From: Desulfurobacterium pacificum
Lineage (GTDB): Bacteria > Aquificota > Aquificia > Desulfurobacteriales > Desulfurobacteriaceae
DNA: 32,000 nt
NCBI RefSeq assembly: GCF_900182835.1
Contig: NZ_FXUB01000005.1
Span: forward strand, 34,906-66,905
Direction: 5' to 3'
The notes under the pieces are model-generated. The model saw only the letters and a program-made list of their open reading frames with translations. It was not told the DNA's origin and ran no database searches. Shown one piece after another: positions 7,671 through 17,308 of this stretch (position 1 is the stretch's first letter; each line of letters starts with the position of its first letter). A program made the position numbers and the translations under genes.

Positions 7671-10220
7671 TTAAAAGGGGAAACCGAAAGAAATGTGGAA
7701 TCTTCCCTTTCCTTGACCCAGAACTTCTTTTAGTTTGTAACCGTAATCTATACGTAAAGGACCAACAGGAGTGATATATCTAAATCCTACTCCTACAGAG
7801 GAGTACCAATTACCAAACGAAAAATCCCCCCCCTTCCTAAACACCTTCCCACTATCGTAAAATACAGCTCCCTGTATCGTCTGCGTAAAGTTATACCTCA
7901 CCTCACAGCTAAATAACCCGTAAGCCTCACCGCCAACGTAGTTACCGTTAGAATCGGTAGGAGAAATAGTTCCATATTTATAACCTCTAACGCTCTCCGC
8001 TCCACCCAAAAAGAACCTATCCTGAACAGGAACGTAACTTCCCCTAATAGGCTGAATAAGCCCAGCTCCTTCTCTCAAAGCTACAACAATCTTTTCGTTT
8101 ATCGGGAACAACTTCAGCGCTTTTTCATCAACCAACCAGTAATCCGTATTTCCGCCCAAAAATCTACCAGCAAAAGAAGTAAATAACTGAATAAGATAGC
8201 CCCTCTTAGGATTTTTTACGTTATCCCTCTTATCGTATCTCTGAAAATAAAACAACGTTCTTTTAACAGATTCATTCTTCTCATGAATAGTAGTATCCTT
8301 TATTGATTCTCTTGCAATCTCAATACCAAAACTCTGAAACATAACCTTTGAAGCTTCTCTTTCCAAAGCAAATCTGTAAAAAATCTTATCTGTAGTAAAA
8401 CTTTCAAAAATCTGCTCTTTCTTTACTATTGAATACGAAGTGTCGTAACGTTCAAACGGAAAAGCAGGTTTATTCATCTTAAAAACAGCATCGTAACCTT
8501 CCTTCTGCCTGTAGTTACCAAAGAGGAAATATTTTATTCCCAACCCAAAAGGAGAAGTTGAAGAGAGAAATCCGTTCATAACGTAACCCGAATCTGTACC
8601 ATAGCCAACAAATCCTTTAGCGTGAAGCAAAGAACCTTCTCTTAAAGAAATCACTTCATTAACAACACCATCAACTGGATAATCGTTAATAGAAACCATT
8701 GAAAACAAACGCGTATTCGCAAGTTTTGAATACTGATTTATAATAGAATCCTCCTTGTAAATCTCCCCTGGATGTATCACAATTAGTTTTCTTATCCATT
8801 TCAAACCAGTCCTCTCCAAACCTTCAACTATTACAAAACCGAACTCTCTCTTTTCTCCAGGAAAAACGTAGATGGAAAGAAGCACAAAAGTCTTTGATTT
8901 TCCATTTACAAAACGCTTATTGACAATTACCTCAGTTCCAGAAAAACCCGCTTTTTTATAACAATTCTTTATCCTATCCATAATGTTATTTAAAACATCT
9001 TCTGTATAAACAATTGGAAGTTTAAGATTCTTCAACGAAGAACAGTTTAAAAAATCCCCCCACACCTTCACAGAAATCAGATAGTAACGCTTCCCCTTAT
9101 CAACCTTAACCTTTAAAACACCAGAAGGCAAAACAACGTAAGAAACTTTGACATCCAAAAATCCTTTTTCTTTAAAGAAACGTCTCATCTTTGCCACAGC
9201 ACTTTCAACCTTACTCCGAGAGAAAGGTTTACCCATCAAAGATTTAAAAAACTCTTGGTAATTTTTTGGAACTACTCTCTTAACTACTACTTGCTTACCT
9301 TCATCTATCTTAAACTCAACAACCACAAAATCTTTTTCTCTCCTTAAAACCGATTCTACTTTAACAAAAGGAAAGCCATTATCTTCATAAAAGTTCTTAA
9401 TCCTTTCCTTAGAACGTTCAATTTCAAACTCATCAACTGATTTGGCTTCGTAAAAAGTGACAAGAGGCTTCAACTTATCAGGAGGGAAATGCTCATTACC
9501 TTTAAATTCAATCCTATACCGCTTACCAGGAACAAACTTAATCTTCAAAATTACTAACTTCTTTCCACTTTTTTGACTCACAACAGAACAGGAGTAACTT
9601 ATATACGCGTTGAAATATCCTTGTTTTATATATTCTTCTTCTAATTTATCAACTAAATCTTTAACAACAGATGCATCAAGCCTCTTTCCCACCAGCTGTT
9701 TAAACGCAGAGAGTAACTCTTTCTTATACCTTGCAGGAGAATCCACAACTACCTTCTCTACAATAAAAGGAAGACCCGCTGAAACGTAGATTTCTACAGT
9801 ATAACCATCAGGTTGAGAAACCACCTTAAACCTAACGTTAGAATCCCTATAACCGGCAGTTCTCAGGTTTAAAAGTAAAAGCTGTTTAACGTTCTCCAAC
9901 GCATCTTCAGAAAAAGGTTTCCCTAAAAGCAATAGCTTTACAGTTTTTCTGAGAGAAGAAACTGCAGATGGAAGCCCTTCTATTTTGACTCTTTTAACCA
10001 AAACGCTTTTTACTACAATAACTTTATCACCTTTAACTTCTGCCTCATACCCTAAAGAGTTTAAGAGAGACAGAAGGACATAAGTACAATTTGAAAAGGA
10101 ACAAACAGCAGGTAGCTGCTCTTCTATTTGCTTTTTAACTTTTCCATCAAAACTAACTTTTGGAGAAACCTGCAAAACAGGTAGCGAAGCTAAAGTTGTT
10201 CCACTAAAAGTTAAAAACAA
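7671..10220 (-). CDS. bamA: Outer membrane protein assembly factor BamA (Omp85; POTRA repeats and barrel)
   Basis: Repeated POTRA-like segments ('VKRVKIEGL', 'YRIEFKGNEHFP', 'FVIVEGLERTG'); 'DPKRGYLIQLF', 'GGAESVRGYKYG', 'GPLRIDYG', terminal 'FHISFGFPF'. True start is probably upstream of the tracked TTG (see findings). Confidence 0.9.
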   Translation of the reverse strand: MFLTFSGTTLASLPVLQVSPKVSFDGKVKKQIEEQLPAVCSFSNCTYVLLSLLNSLGYEAEVKGDKVIVVKSVLVKRVKIEGLPSAVSSLRKTVKLLLLGKPFSEDALENVKQLLLLNLRTAGYRDSNVRFKVVSQPDGYTVEIYVSAGLPFIVEKVVVDSPARYKKELLSAFKQLVGKRLDASVVKDLVDKLEEEYIKQGYFNAYISYSCSVVSQKSGKKLVILKIKFVPGKRYRIEFKGNEHFPPDKLKPLVTFYEAKSVDEFEIERSKERIKNFYEDNGFPFVKVESVLRREKDFVVVEFKIDEGKQVVVKRVVPKNYQEFFKSLMGKPFSRSKVESAVAKMRRFFKEKGFLDVKVSYVVLPSGVLKVKVDKGKRYYLISVKVWGDFLNCSSLKNLKLPIVYTEDVLNNIMDRIKNCYKKAGFSGTEVIVNKRFVNGKSKTFVLLSIYVFPGEKREFGFVIVEGLERTGLKWIRKLIVIHPGEIYKEDSIINQYSKLANTRLFSMVSINDYPVDGVVNEVISLREGSLLHAKGFVGYGTDSGYVMNGFLSSTSPFGLGIKYFLFGNYRQKEGYDAVFKMNKPAFPFERYDTSYSIVKKEQIFESFTTDKIFYRFALEREASKVMFQSFGIEIARESIKDTTIHEKNESVKRTLFYFQRYDKRDNVKNPKRGYLIQLFTSFAGRFLGGNTDYWLVDEKALKLFPINEKIVVALREGAGLIQPIRGSYVPVQDRFFLGGAESVRGYKYGTISPTDSNGNYVGGEAYGLFSCEVRYNFTQTIQGAVFYDSGKVFRKGGDFSFGNWYSSVGVGFRYITPVGPLRIDYGYKLKEVLGQGKGRFHISFGFPF

Positions 10221-10225
10221 TAGAA

Positions 10226-11158
10226 TTAGCCATCTGAAACAGCCTTTAAGTATGGCTCTCCTCCGAAATTTATTTCAATAATTTTTCCTTCTCTCACTAA
10301 CTTAGAAACTATAGAGTCAACCTCTTCCTGAAGCAGATTGAGCGCATCAGCTATCTCAGAAGCGGGGCACGGTCTTCTTGACAGCAAAGCTACAATCTCC
10401 TTCTCTATCTCCTTCACAGGTAGCTTTCTCCTATCCGTTTTTGACCTTGCAACTATTTCTGTTTTGGGATACTTAACCTTCTCTTTAATTCTCTCAAGTT
10501 CTTCATAACTCAATCCTTGAACGTTATAGGCAGGAGGTCTAACTACTGTGTTAAGCTGCCACCGGTGAGGAGAAATCTCATGAACCAATTTTCCTATCCT
10601 TTCAATTTCTTCTTCAGAATCGTTAACGCCCTTAACGAACACCGTTTCAAGCCAAACCTCTCCAGAAGTAACAGACATTAACTTTTTTATTCCTTCAACA
10701 ACCTTTTTCAGAGTTAGCCCATCAACAGGTCTATTTAGCTTTCTGAAAGTTTCTTCACAGCCGGCATCAAGAGACGGCAAGACAACATCTAAAGTCTTAA
10801 TTTCTTCAAGAACTCTATCATCGTAAAGAAGAGAAGAATTCGTAAGCAACGCTAAAGAATAGCTGTAATTATTTTTTAACCAACCTATAAGCTCGCCCAA
10901 ACGAGAATACAGCGTTGGTTCACCGTAACCAGAAAAGGTTATATAGTCAAGTTCCGGTTTAAAAGAGAGATAATCTTCAAGCTCAGATTTAACAGCCTCA
11001 AAAGGAACGTATTCTGCCCTTTTTAACGTTTTCTCTGAAGTCCTTCCAACTTCACAGTAGAGACAATCCATACTGCATACTTTATAAGGAACTAAATCAA
11101 CACCTAAGGAGATGCCTAACCTTCGTGAAAAGACAGGACCAAAGATATATTTCATCAA
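10226..11158 (-). CDS. Radical SAM protein
   Basis: 'PVFSRRLGISLGVDLVPYKVCSMDCLYCEVG' CxxxxxC/CxxC radical SAM cluster motif, 'YITFSGYGEPTL'. Confidence 0.9.
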   Translation of the reverse strand: MMKYIFGPVFSRRLGISLGVDLVPYKVCSMDCLYCEVGRTSEKTLKRAEYVPFEAVKSELEDYLSFKPELDYITFSGYGEPTLYSRLGELIGWLKNNYSYSLALLTNSSLLYDDRVLEEIKTLDVVLPSLDAGCEETFRKLNRPVDGLTLKKVVEGIKKLMSVTSGEVWLETVFVKGVNDSEEEIERIGKLVHEISPHRWQLNTVVRPPAYNVQGLSYEELERIKEKVKYPKTEIVARSKTDRRKLPVKEIEKEIVALLSRRPCPASEIADALNLLQEEVDSIVSKLVREGKIIEINFGGEPYLKAVSDG

Positions 11159-11227
11159 TCACCTCGCTGAAAGCCAAAGAGTAAGTATAATTATACTCGC
11201 AAACTTGAGAAAACTGAGAGGGGAAAA

Positions 11228-12622
11228 ATGTCTCAAGAAATCCGCGAACACTGGGGAACAAGAATAGGTCTCATTTTAGCTATGGCTGGTAATGCCGTTG
11301 GATTAGGAAACTTTTTGCGATTTCCAACGCAGGCAGCAGACAACGGTGGCGGCGCTTTTATGATTCCATACATGATTGCAATGCTCTTAATTGCCATACC
11401 TTTAATGTGGACGGAATGGGCAATAGGTAGGTACGGAGGAAGCAAAGGTCACGGAACAACCCCAGCAATTTTCTATCTTCTATGGAGAAATCCGATAGCA
11501 AAGTACATCGGAGCAATTGGCTTATTCGTTCCGTTTATCGTCCTCTGTTATTACATTTACATTGAATCGTGGACTTTAGGGTACTCTGTCTTTTCCCTTT
11601 TAGGACTCCTACCCCATCCCGACCCATCTCTACCGCAGGACCAGTTTTTAAAACCATTTGCCGAATTTCTAAAGCACTACACACAACCCTCACCAATTGC
11701 CTACATATTTTTCTTAATAACCGTTGCGTTTAACGCTTACATTCTCTATAAAGGTGTAAGTGGCGGTATAGAGAAGTTTGCCAAGGTAGCAATGCCAACT
11801 CTGTTTATCTTAGCTTTTATCCTGATGGTAAGAGTAATCCTTCTTGAAACTCCCAACGGAACAGCCGTTCAAGGGTTGGATTTCTTATGGCATCCAGATT
11901 TCTCCCAACTATCAAATCCAAAGGTATGGCTGGCAGCTGCAGGACAGGTGTTCTTTACCCTATCTTTAGGTTTTGGAGCAATCATTACCTACGCCTCTTA
12001 CATAAAACGAGATGACGATATAGTGGCTTCTGGACTTTCTGCCGCTTCATTAAACGAATTGGCAGAAGTTATCTTAGGCGGCTCTATCGCCATACCAGCA
12101 GCAGTAGCTTTCTTCGGCGTTATGAACGCCAAAGCTGTAGCCGGAAGCGGTGCTTTCAACTTAGCTTTCGTTAGTCTCCCGGCAATATTTTCGAACCTCA
12201 CAGCAGGAAATCTAATAGGATTTTTGTGGTTCTTCCTGCTATTCTTTGCAGGTGCGACTTCTTCTGTTGCTATAGCTATGCCTATCGTTGCGTTTTTAGA
12301 AGATGAGTTCGGCTTTAAGAGAAAGGTAGCCGTTACGGCAACGGTGATATTCATGTTCTTAGTTGCGCAGATTCCTATATTCATGCCGAAAGCGTTAGAC
12401 GAAATGGATTTTTGGGCTGGAACGTTCTTCGTTGTACTTTTTGCCCTCTTAGAGGTAATAATCTTCTTCTGGTTGTTTAAACCTGAACTTGCCTGGGAGG
12501 AGATAAATAGGGGTGGTTTGTTTAAAGTGCCAAAGTTCTACTTTTACGTTCTCCGCTACATTACACCGCTTATTCTTTTTTGTAATTCTTTCAACCTGGA
12601 TGGTAACTACACTTCCTTCTAA
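11228..12622 (+). CDS. Sodium-dependent transporter, NSS/SNF family, with apparent frameshift near the 3' end
   Basis: '[63 protein letters not shown]' is the classic NSS N terminus; the last 13 residues ([13 protein letters not shown]) do not look like a transmembrane segment. Confidence 0.93.
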   Translation: MSQEIREHWGTRIGLILAMAGNAVGLGNFLRFPTQAADNGGGAFMIPYMIAMLLIAIPLMWTEWAIGRYGGSKGHGTTPAIFYLLWRNPIAKYIGAIGLFVPFIVLCYYIYIESWTLGYSVFSLLGLLPHPDPSLPQDQFLKPFAEFLKHYTQPSPIAYIFFLITVAFNAYILYKGVSGGIEKFAKVAMPTLFILAFILMVRVILLETPNGTAVQGLDFLWHPDFSQLSNPKVWLAAAGQVFFTLSLGFGAIITYASYIKRDDDIVASGLSAASLNELAEVILGGSIAIPAAVAFFGVMNAKAVAGSGAFNLAFVSLPAIFSNLTAGNLIGFLWFFLLFFAGATSSVAIAMPIVAFLEDEFGFKRKVAVTATVIFMFLVAQIPIFMPKALDEMDFWAGTFFVVLFALLEVIIFFWLFKPELAWEEINRGGLFKVPKFYFYVLRYITPLILFCNSFNLDGNYTSF

Positions 12623-12743
12623 GCTTTTCGTTACAGACGTTCAGGTATGGGTGGCAAGGTTTGTGATGATTTTAACGTTTATCGTTCTGTTCTTCTTGGT
12701 ATACCTTAGTAGTAATCGTAAACAAAAGGAGAATCTATCATGA
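12582..12743 (+). pseudogene. Displaced 3' end (last TM segment) of the NSS transporter
   Basis: The +1 frame reads [53 protein letters not shown], a natural continuation of ...[12 protein letters not shown]; restored protein would be about 504 aa. Confidence 0.7.
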
Positions 12744-12895
12744 AAGGAAGTTCTTTATTATTCATGGTTCTATCGTGGATGGTAGTCTTCGGGTTTGTCG
12801 TTTTTTGTTTCACAGTTATATTAAGAGAGGATAAAAAACAGACAAAAGTGGATAATAGAGAAAGTTTTGATTTTGAAAACGAGGAAATCACTTAG
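12740..12895 (+). CDS. 51-aa single-TM protein, candidate MetS-like small subunit of an NSS transporter
   Basis: Read manually (absent from the ORF track): MKGSSLLFMVLSWMVVFGFVVFCFTVILREDKKQTKVDNRESFDFENEEIT*. ATGA overlap with the upstream stop, abuts the next gene at 12896. Confidence 0.65.
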   Translation: MKGSSLLFMVLSWMVVFGFVVFCFTVILREDKKQTKVDNRESFDFENEEIT

Positions 12896-15607
12896 ATGAT
12901 AAAGCTTCGCAGTCTGAAGCTAAAAGACTTCCTTTCACACCAGGAAACCGAAATTGACTTTTCTGACGAAACCTACGTGATTTTAGGAGAAAACGCTTCC
13001 GGTAAAACATCTATACTGAGGGGAATTTTTTTCTCTATATTTGGCAAAGATTTTGTGGCAGACAAACAGGAAAAGTTAGTCAACAAAAACGCTTCACGTT
13101 TTTCTACATCTGTTAGATTTCTCTACAGGGGAAGGGAAGTTGAGGTAAGGAGGGGATTTTCCCTATATACGAGAAAAAGCACAGCAGAACTTCTAGTAAA
13201 CGGCAGATTGGCAGCATCAGGCGTTAAAGAGGTAAAAAAATTCATAGAAGAGACGCTTAACCTTGACCCTCACATCTTTAGAAACACCGTTTACGTTCCT
13301 CAAGGTGAGATTCTTTCTCTGTTTGACCTGCAAAAGAGAGAAAAAAGACAAATTCTGAACAGACTTTTAGGATTGGATGAAATTGGGGAAACGTTTGAAA
13401 GAACGAAAAAGTTCTTTCGCGTAATGGAATCCTTCAGAAACATTCTCCTCCAAGAGGAAGAAAACTTTCAAGAATTAGAAAAAGAGATAGAGCAAAGCAA
13501 AGTAGTAGTTAAGGAGAAGGAGAAAAAATTTAAGGAAACGCAAAGAACCCTAAAAGAAGAAAAAGAACTCTTAAAAAAGCAAGAAGATATTTTGCAAAAG
13601 TTAAACGAAAAAGAGAAAAATGCTGCGCTGTTAAAATCTGAAATAGAGAACTGCGAAAAAAGAATAGAAGAAGTGGAAAAAGAGAAGAAAGGGATAGAGG
13701 AAAAAATCGGAAAGATAGAACAACTTAAGAAGGAGCTGCCTGCACTGAAAGAAGCGATAAAAATCCTCCCCCCCCTCCACCAAATCCGCCAAATCCTCAC
13801 AGGCGTTGCAGAAAAGAAAAAAGACTTGGTTGAGAAGAAAAAAACGTTAGAAAAACTGACAGAGCTAAACAAAGAGTTAAAAGATATAGAAACCTCGCTC
13901 CCCGAACTCAAGAAACAGCTACAGGAAATTTCTGAAAAGCTTAAAGGGTTAACAAACCTCCTTCCTTCTGTCCAAAAAGAAATCAAAGAGATGGAAGAAA
14001 AAAGAAGAGAAAAACTAAAATTAGAAACGCAACTACTCTCAATAGAAAAAGAACTTAAAAGTGCCAGAGAAAAGCTCCTTTCCCTCCAATCAAAACCAAA
14101 ACTATCGGAAGATAAATTCACCGAACTCAAAGAAAAACTTAGAGCGGTAGAAAAGGAAGAAAGCCTAAAAGAGGCAAAACTTAAAGAGTTAGAAAAACGC
14201 TTGAAAGAACTTGAAAGTTTAGAAACAAACACTTGTCCGGTCTGCCTATCTCCTTTATCTACAGAAAAAAGGAAAGAGCTAATAAAAACCTCCGTTGAAG
14301 AAATTAAACAAATCAGGAAGGAGATAGAAACGCTGAAAAACAAAAAAGAACAGCTTGGAAAACAATTAAAAGAAGCGGAAAAAATCCTCACAAAACAAAA
14401 GCAGGAAGAAGCGTTAGAAAGAGAAATCACCCTAAACGTAAAAAACCTTGAACTGAAGGCAGAACAAATCAAAAAAAGCCTTCAAGCAATTCCTGTAGAA
14501 GAAAGCAAAATAGAAAAGCTACAAAAACGACTTGAGGAAATCCAAAAAGATGTAGCCTCTCTCAAAGAAAAAGAGAAATTCCTTGAACTGCAGATAAAAG
14601 AAAAGGAAAAAAGAAAAGAGGAAATTGAGAAAACGATAGAACAGCACGATATAAAAACCCTTGAAAGAGAGGTGAAAAGCTTAGAAGAGTCTATACAACA
14701 AGCACTGAATGAGGCAAAAAACATAAAACAGCTCTGGAATCTTGACGTTTCATCACTTCAAGAAGTCAACAGAAAAGTTGAAGAACTTTTAAAACTTAAG
14801 GAAGAAAAAGATAGAATAGAAGGAGAAATTCGCTCACTTCCCGACTACGAAAAAGCACTGAAAGAAAAGGAAGAAACCCTAACAGCACTGAAAAAACGAT
14901 TAAACGAACTACAAAAACAGCTAAAGGAGTTGAACTTTAACGTAGAAGAATACGAAACGATGAAGGAAACGGTAAAAAGAGAAAGAGAAAAAGTAGAAGC
15001 CTTAGAGAAAGAAGCGTCAAAACTTTCCGGCGAAATCTCAACGTACAAAAAGGTAATTGCTGAAAAAGAGGAAAAATTAAAACAGAGAGAAAAGCTAAAA
15101 AGTGAATTAGCAAGAACGGAAGACACGTTGAGAATTTTAAAGTCTGTTTTAGAAGGGCTACATCCGGAGAGGGGATTTTTAACGCAAGTCCGTAAAGAGT
15201 TACTACCTGAAATTTCTCATTACTGCAGCGAATTTTTTGAAGAGTTTGATTTTGAATTTGGCGACGTAACGATATCGGAAGATTTAAGCGTAACGGCAAG
15301 AGGACTTGGAGGACAGCTAACGCTGAACGAGTTTTCAGGCGGACAGCAGATAGCCTTCGCCCTATCCCTAAGATTTGCCCTTGCAAAATACTTCTCTCAA
15401 AGATTTGACCTGCTCATACTTGACGAACCAACCATTCATCTTGACCAGCAGAGAAGACAGGCTTTAACCGACCTGCTTCAGAAGTTAAAGACGAAAATCC
15501 CCCAAATGATTATTGTTACCCACGACCCGGAATTAGAGGTGGTGGGGGATGTTGTGGTGAAGGTGGAGAAGGTGGGGGGATTTTCGGAGGTAAAAGTTGA
15601 AACCTGA
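12896..15607 (+). CDS. Rad50/SbcC-like SMC-type ATPase
   Basis: Walker A 'GENASGKTS', long coiled coil, zinc-hook 'CPVC', ABC signature 'LNEFSGGQQIAFALSLRFALA', Walker B 'FDLLILDEPTIHLD', 'IIVTHDPE'. Confidence 0.92.
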   Translation: MIKLRSLKLKDFLSHQETEIDFSDETYVILGENASGKTSILRGIFFSIFGKDFVADKQEKLVNKNASRFSTSVRFLYRGREVEVRRGFSLYTRKSTAELLVNGRLAASGVKEVKKFIEETLNLDPHIFRNTVYVPQGEILSLFDLQKREKRQILNRLLGLDEIGETFERTKKFFRVMESFRNILLQEEENFQELEKEIEQSKVVVKEKEKKFKETQRTLKEEKELLKKQEDILQKLNEKEKNAALLKSEIENCEKRIEEVEKEKKGIEEKIGKIEQLKKELPALKEAIKILPPLHQIRQILTGVAEKKKDLVEKKKTLEKLTELNKELKDIETSLPELKKQLQEISEKLKGLTNLLPSVQKEIKEMEEKRREKLKLETQLLSIEKELKSAREKLLSLQSKPKLSEDKFTELKEKLRAVEKEESLKEAKLKELEKRLKELESLETNTCPVCLSPLSTEKRKELIKTSVEEIKQIRKEIETLKNKKEQLGKQLKEAEKILTKQKQEEALEREITLNVKNLELKAEQIKKSLQAIPVEESKIEKLQKRLEEIQKDVASLKEKEKFLELQIKEKEKRKEEIEKTIEQHDIKTLEREVKSLEESIQQALNEAKNIKQLWNLDVSSLQEVNRKVEELLKLKEEKDRIEGEIRSLPDYEKALKEKEETLTALKKRLNELQKQLKELNFNVEEYETMKETVKREREKVEALEKEASKLSGEISTYKKVIAEKEEKLKQREKLKSELARTEDTLRILKSVLEGLHPERGFLTQVRKELLPEISHYCSEFFEEFDFEFGDVTISEDLSVTARGLGGQLTLNEFSGGQQIAFALSLRFALAKYFSQRFDLLILDEPTIHLDQQRRQALTDLLQKLKTKIPQMIIVTHDPELEVVGDVVVKVEKVGGFSEVKVET

Positions 15608-17252
15608 ATTCCTATTCATAACTGTAATAGCCGCATTCTTAATGACGGATTTTTTAATTGAAATAAAGGCAAAACGTTATACTAAAGAACAGTCAATAGT
15701 AAAAGTTTTTATCTCTCTAATCGGAGCCTTCCTCTTTTCTTCCTTAACGTTTTTAATTCCTAAAGCGGTATCAGACTTCAAAACCGCCTCAATAATTAAA
15801 GACATCCTTCTACTTTCCGCAACCCTTTACATAGTAAGAGCTATTAACGTTCTTTCCCCATCAAAAGGAATAAGAAAGTTCATCCCTTATGCCGTCTTTT
15901 TATTGGCATTTCTTTCACACGTTGTTTCTTTGACGCTAAAACTCCCTCCAAATGCAACAATTTTCTTGACACACCTCAATAGAGCATTCATACTGTTAGG
16001 AATTCTGCTAATACTACTCCAGTTAGAAGAAAAACTTCCACCTACACTAAACAGGTTACTCTCCATACTAACGGTGTTCCTATCCCTTCTGGCATTTCTG
16101 CTCTGGGAAACGGGAAAACTATCTCCCGATGTAACTTTTCTTAAAAAACTAACTGTAGCGGTATTTATCACTTCAGTTTACATTTTTGCAATCAGAAAAA
16201 CAGATACCTACCTGAGTTTCATCAAAAGGAAAGCAGAAGAAGACTACAACAGCATAAAGTTTAACGTTCAAGCGTTGCTGACCGCCATCTACGCAGTAGC
16301 TCTGAAAAAAATCCTCTCCACCACTCCCCCTTTCAACTCCATCTTTCAACAACTAAAAGATACATATCTAATAAATAACGACCTCATAAAAATCAACATA
16401 GACAACGTTTTAATAAGCATAATAACCGCCGTATTTCTCTTTTCCCTCCTAAACATAGGAAAGAAACTAATCAAGTTTTTCTTCCCCGAAAACAGAAGAG
16501 ACGTTGAAGGCGCATCAGCAGAAGCTCTCATATTCAACTTAGGAGTCCTAATTAACGTAATAATCCTGCTTTCTACTTTAGGAATAACGTGGAAAGTCCT
16601 TCTCCCTGTAGCAGGAACGTTGGGCGTAGGACTGGGATTCGGACTTCAAACGATAATGAACAACTACGTTAGCGGATTTATTCTCCTCTTTAGCAAAAAA
16701 TTAAAAGTAGGAGACATCGTTGAACTTCCATCAATATCGGTAACAACCTTAGGCAAACCTGAAAATTCCGTTTTCGGCAAAATAGAAGATATTGGAATAC
16801 TATCAACCATAGCAAGAACAAACGATGGAGTTGAAATTTCTATACCAAACTCTCAATTTATAAGCTCACCGATAGTGAACTTCTCGTACAGAGACCCTTT
16901 AGTGAGAATCCGAATTCCTATAGGTGTTGCCTACTCCTCAGACCCCAAAACTGTTAAACAGATACTCCTTTCAGTAGCCGAAGAAGTAGATGAAATTAGA
17001 AAAATCCCCCCACCCACCGTCTGGTTTGAAGAGTTGGGAGACAGCGCTCTGATATTTACTACAGTAGTCTGGACGGATATAAGGAAAAACGCGCGAATTA
17101 AAAACGTAATAAGTAACTTTTACTTCAAAGCGTGGTACAAACTCAAAGAAGCCAACATAGAAATTCCATTCCCTCAAAACGATGTTTGGTTCAGAAACAA
17201 ACTAAAGGTTGAAATTTTTAAATCCACTTCTCTCGACAGCAGACTAACTTAG
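15597..17252 (+). CDS. Mechanosensitive ion channel, MscS family
   Basis: Multi-TM N terminus; 'LGVGLGFGLQTIMNNYVSGFILLFSKKLKVGDIVELPS' and 'TIARTNDGVEISIPNSQFISSPIVNFSY'. Confidence 0.93.
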   Translation: MKPEFLFITVIAAFLMTDFLIEIKAKRYTKEQSIVKVFISLIGAFLFSSLTFLIPKAVSDFKTASIIKDILLLSATLYIVRAINVLSPSKGIRKFIPYAVFLLAFLSHVVSLTLKLPPNATIFLTHLNRAFILLGILLILLQLEEKLPPTLNRLLSILTVFLSLLAFLLWETGKLSPDVTFLKKLTVAVFITSVYIFAIRKTDTYLSFIKRKAEEDYNSIKFNVQALLTAIYAVALKKILSTTPPFNSIFQQLKDTYLINNDLIKINIDNVLISIITAVFLFSLLNIGKKLIKFFFPENRRDVEGASAEALIFNLGVLINVIILLSTLGITWKVLLPVAGTLGVGLGFGLQTIMNNYVSGFILLFSKKLKVGDIVELPSISVTTLGKPENSVFGKIEDIGILSTIARTNDGVEISIPNSQFISSPIVNFSYRDPLVRIRIPIGVAYSSDPKTVKQILLSVAEEVDEIRKIPPPTVWFEELGDSALIFTTVVWTDIRKNARIKNVISNFYFKAWYKLKEANIEIPFPQNDVWFRNKLKVEIFKSTSLDSRLT

Positions 17253-17308
17253 AAACAAATATAGTTTTGATATAAATTTTTCACAAAACAAGTTATTGGA
17301 TAAAGTAA

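Noticed and set aside
13468-15386. Large antisense/alternative-frame ORFs (e.g. 13468-14472 minus, 14482-14724, 14845-15126, 14937-15386)
   Set aside because: They are Ser/Phe/Leu-rich shadows of the A/G-rich coiled-coil codons of the Rad50-like gene, with no recognisable domains.
12896-15600. Repetitive GAA/AAA-rich sequence resembling tandem repeats
   Set aside because: It is explained by the Glu/Lys-rich heptads of an SMC coiled coil, with no fixed period at nucleotide level.
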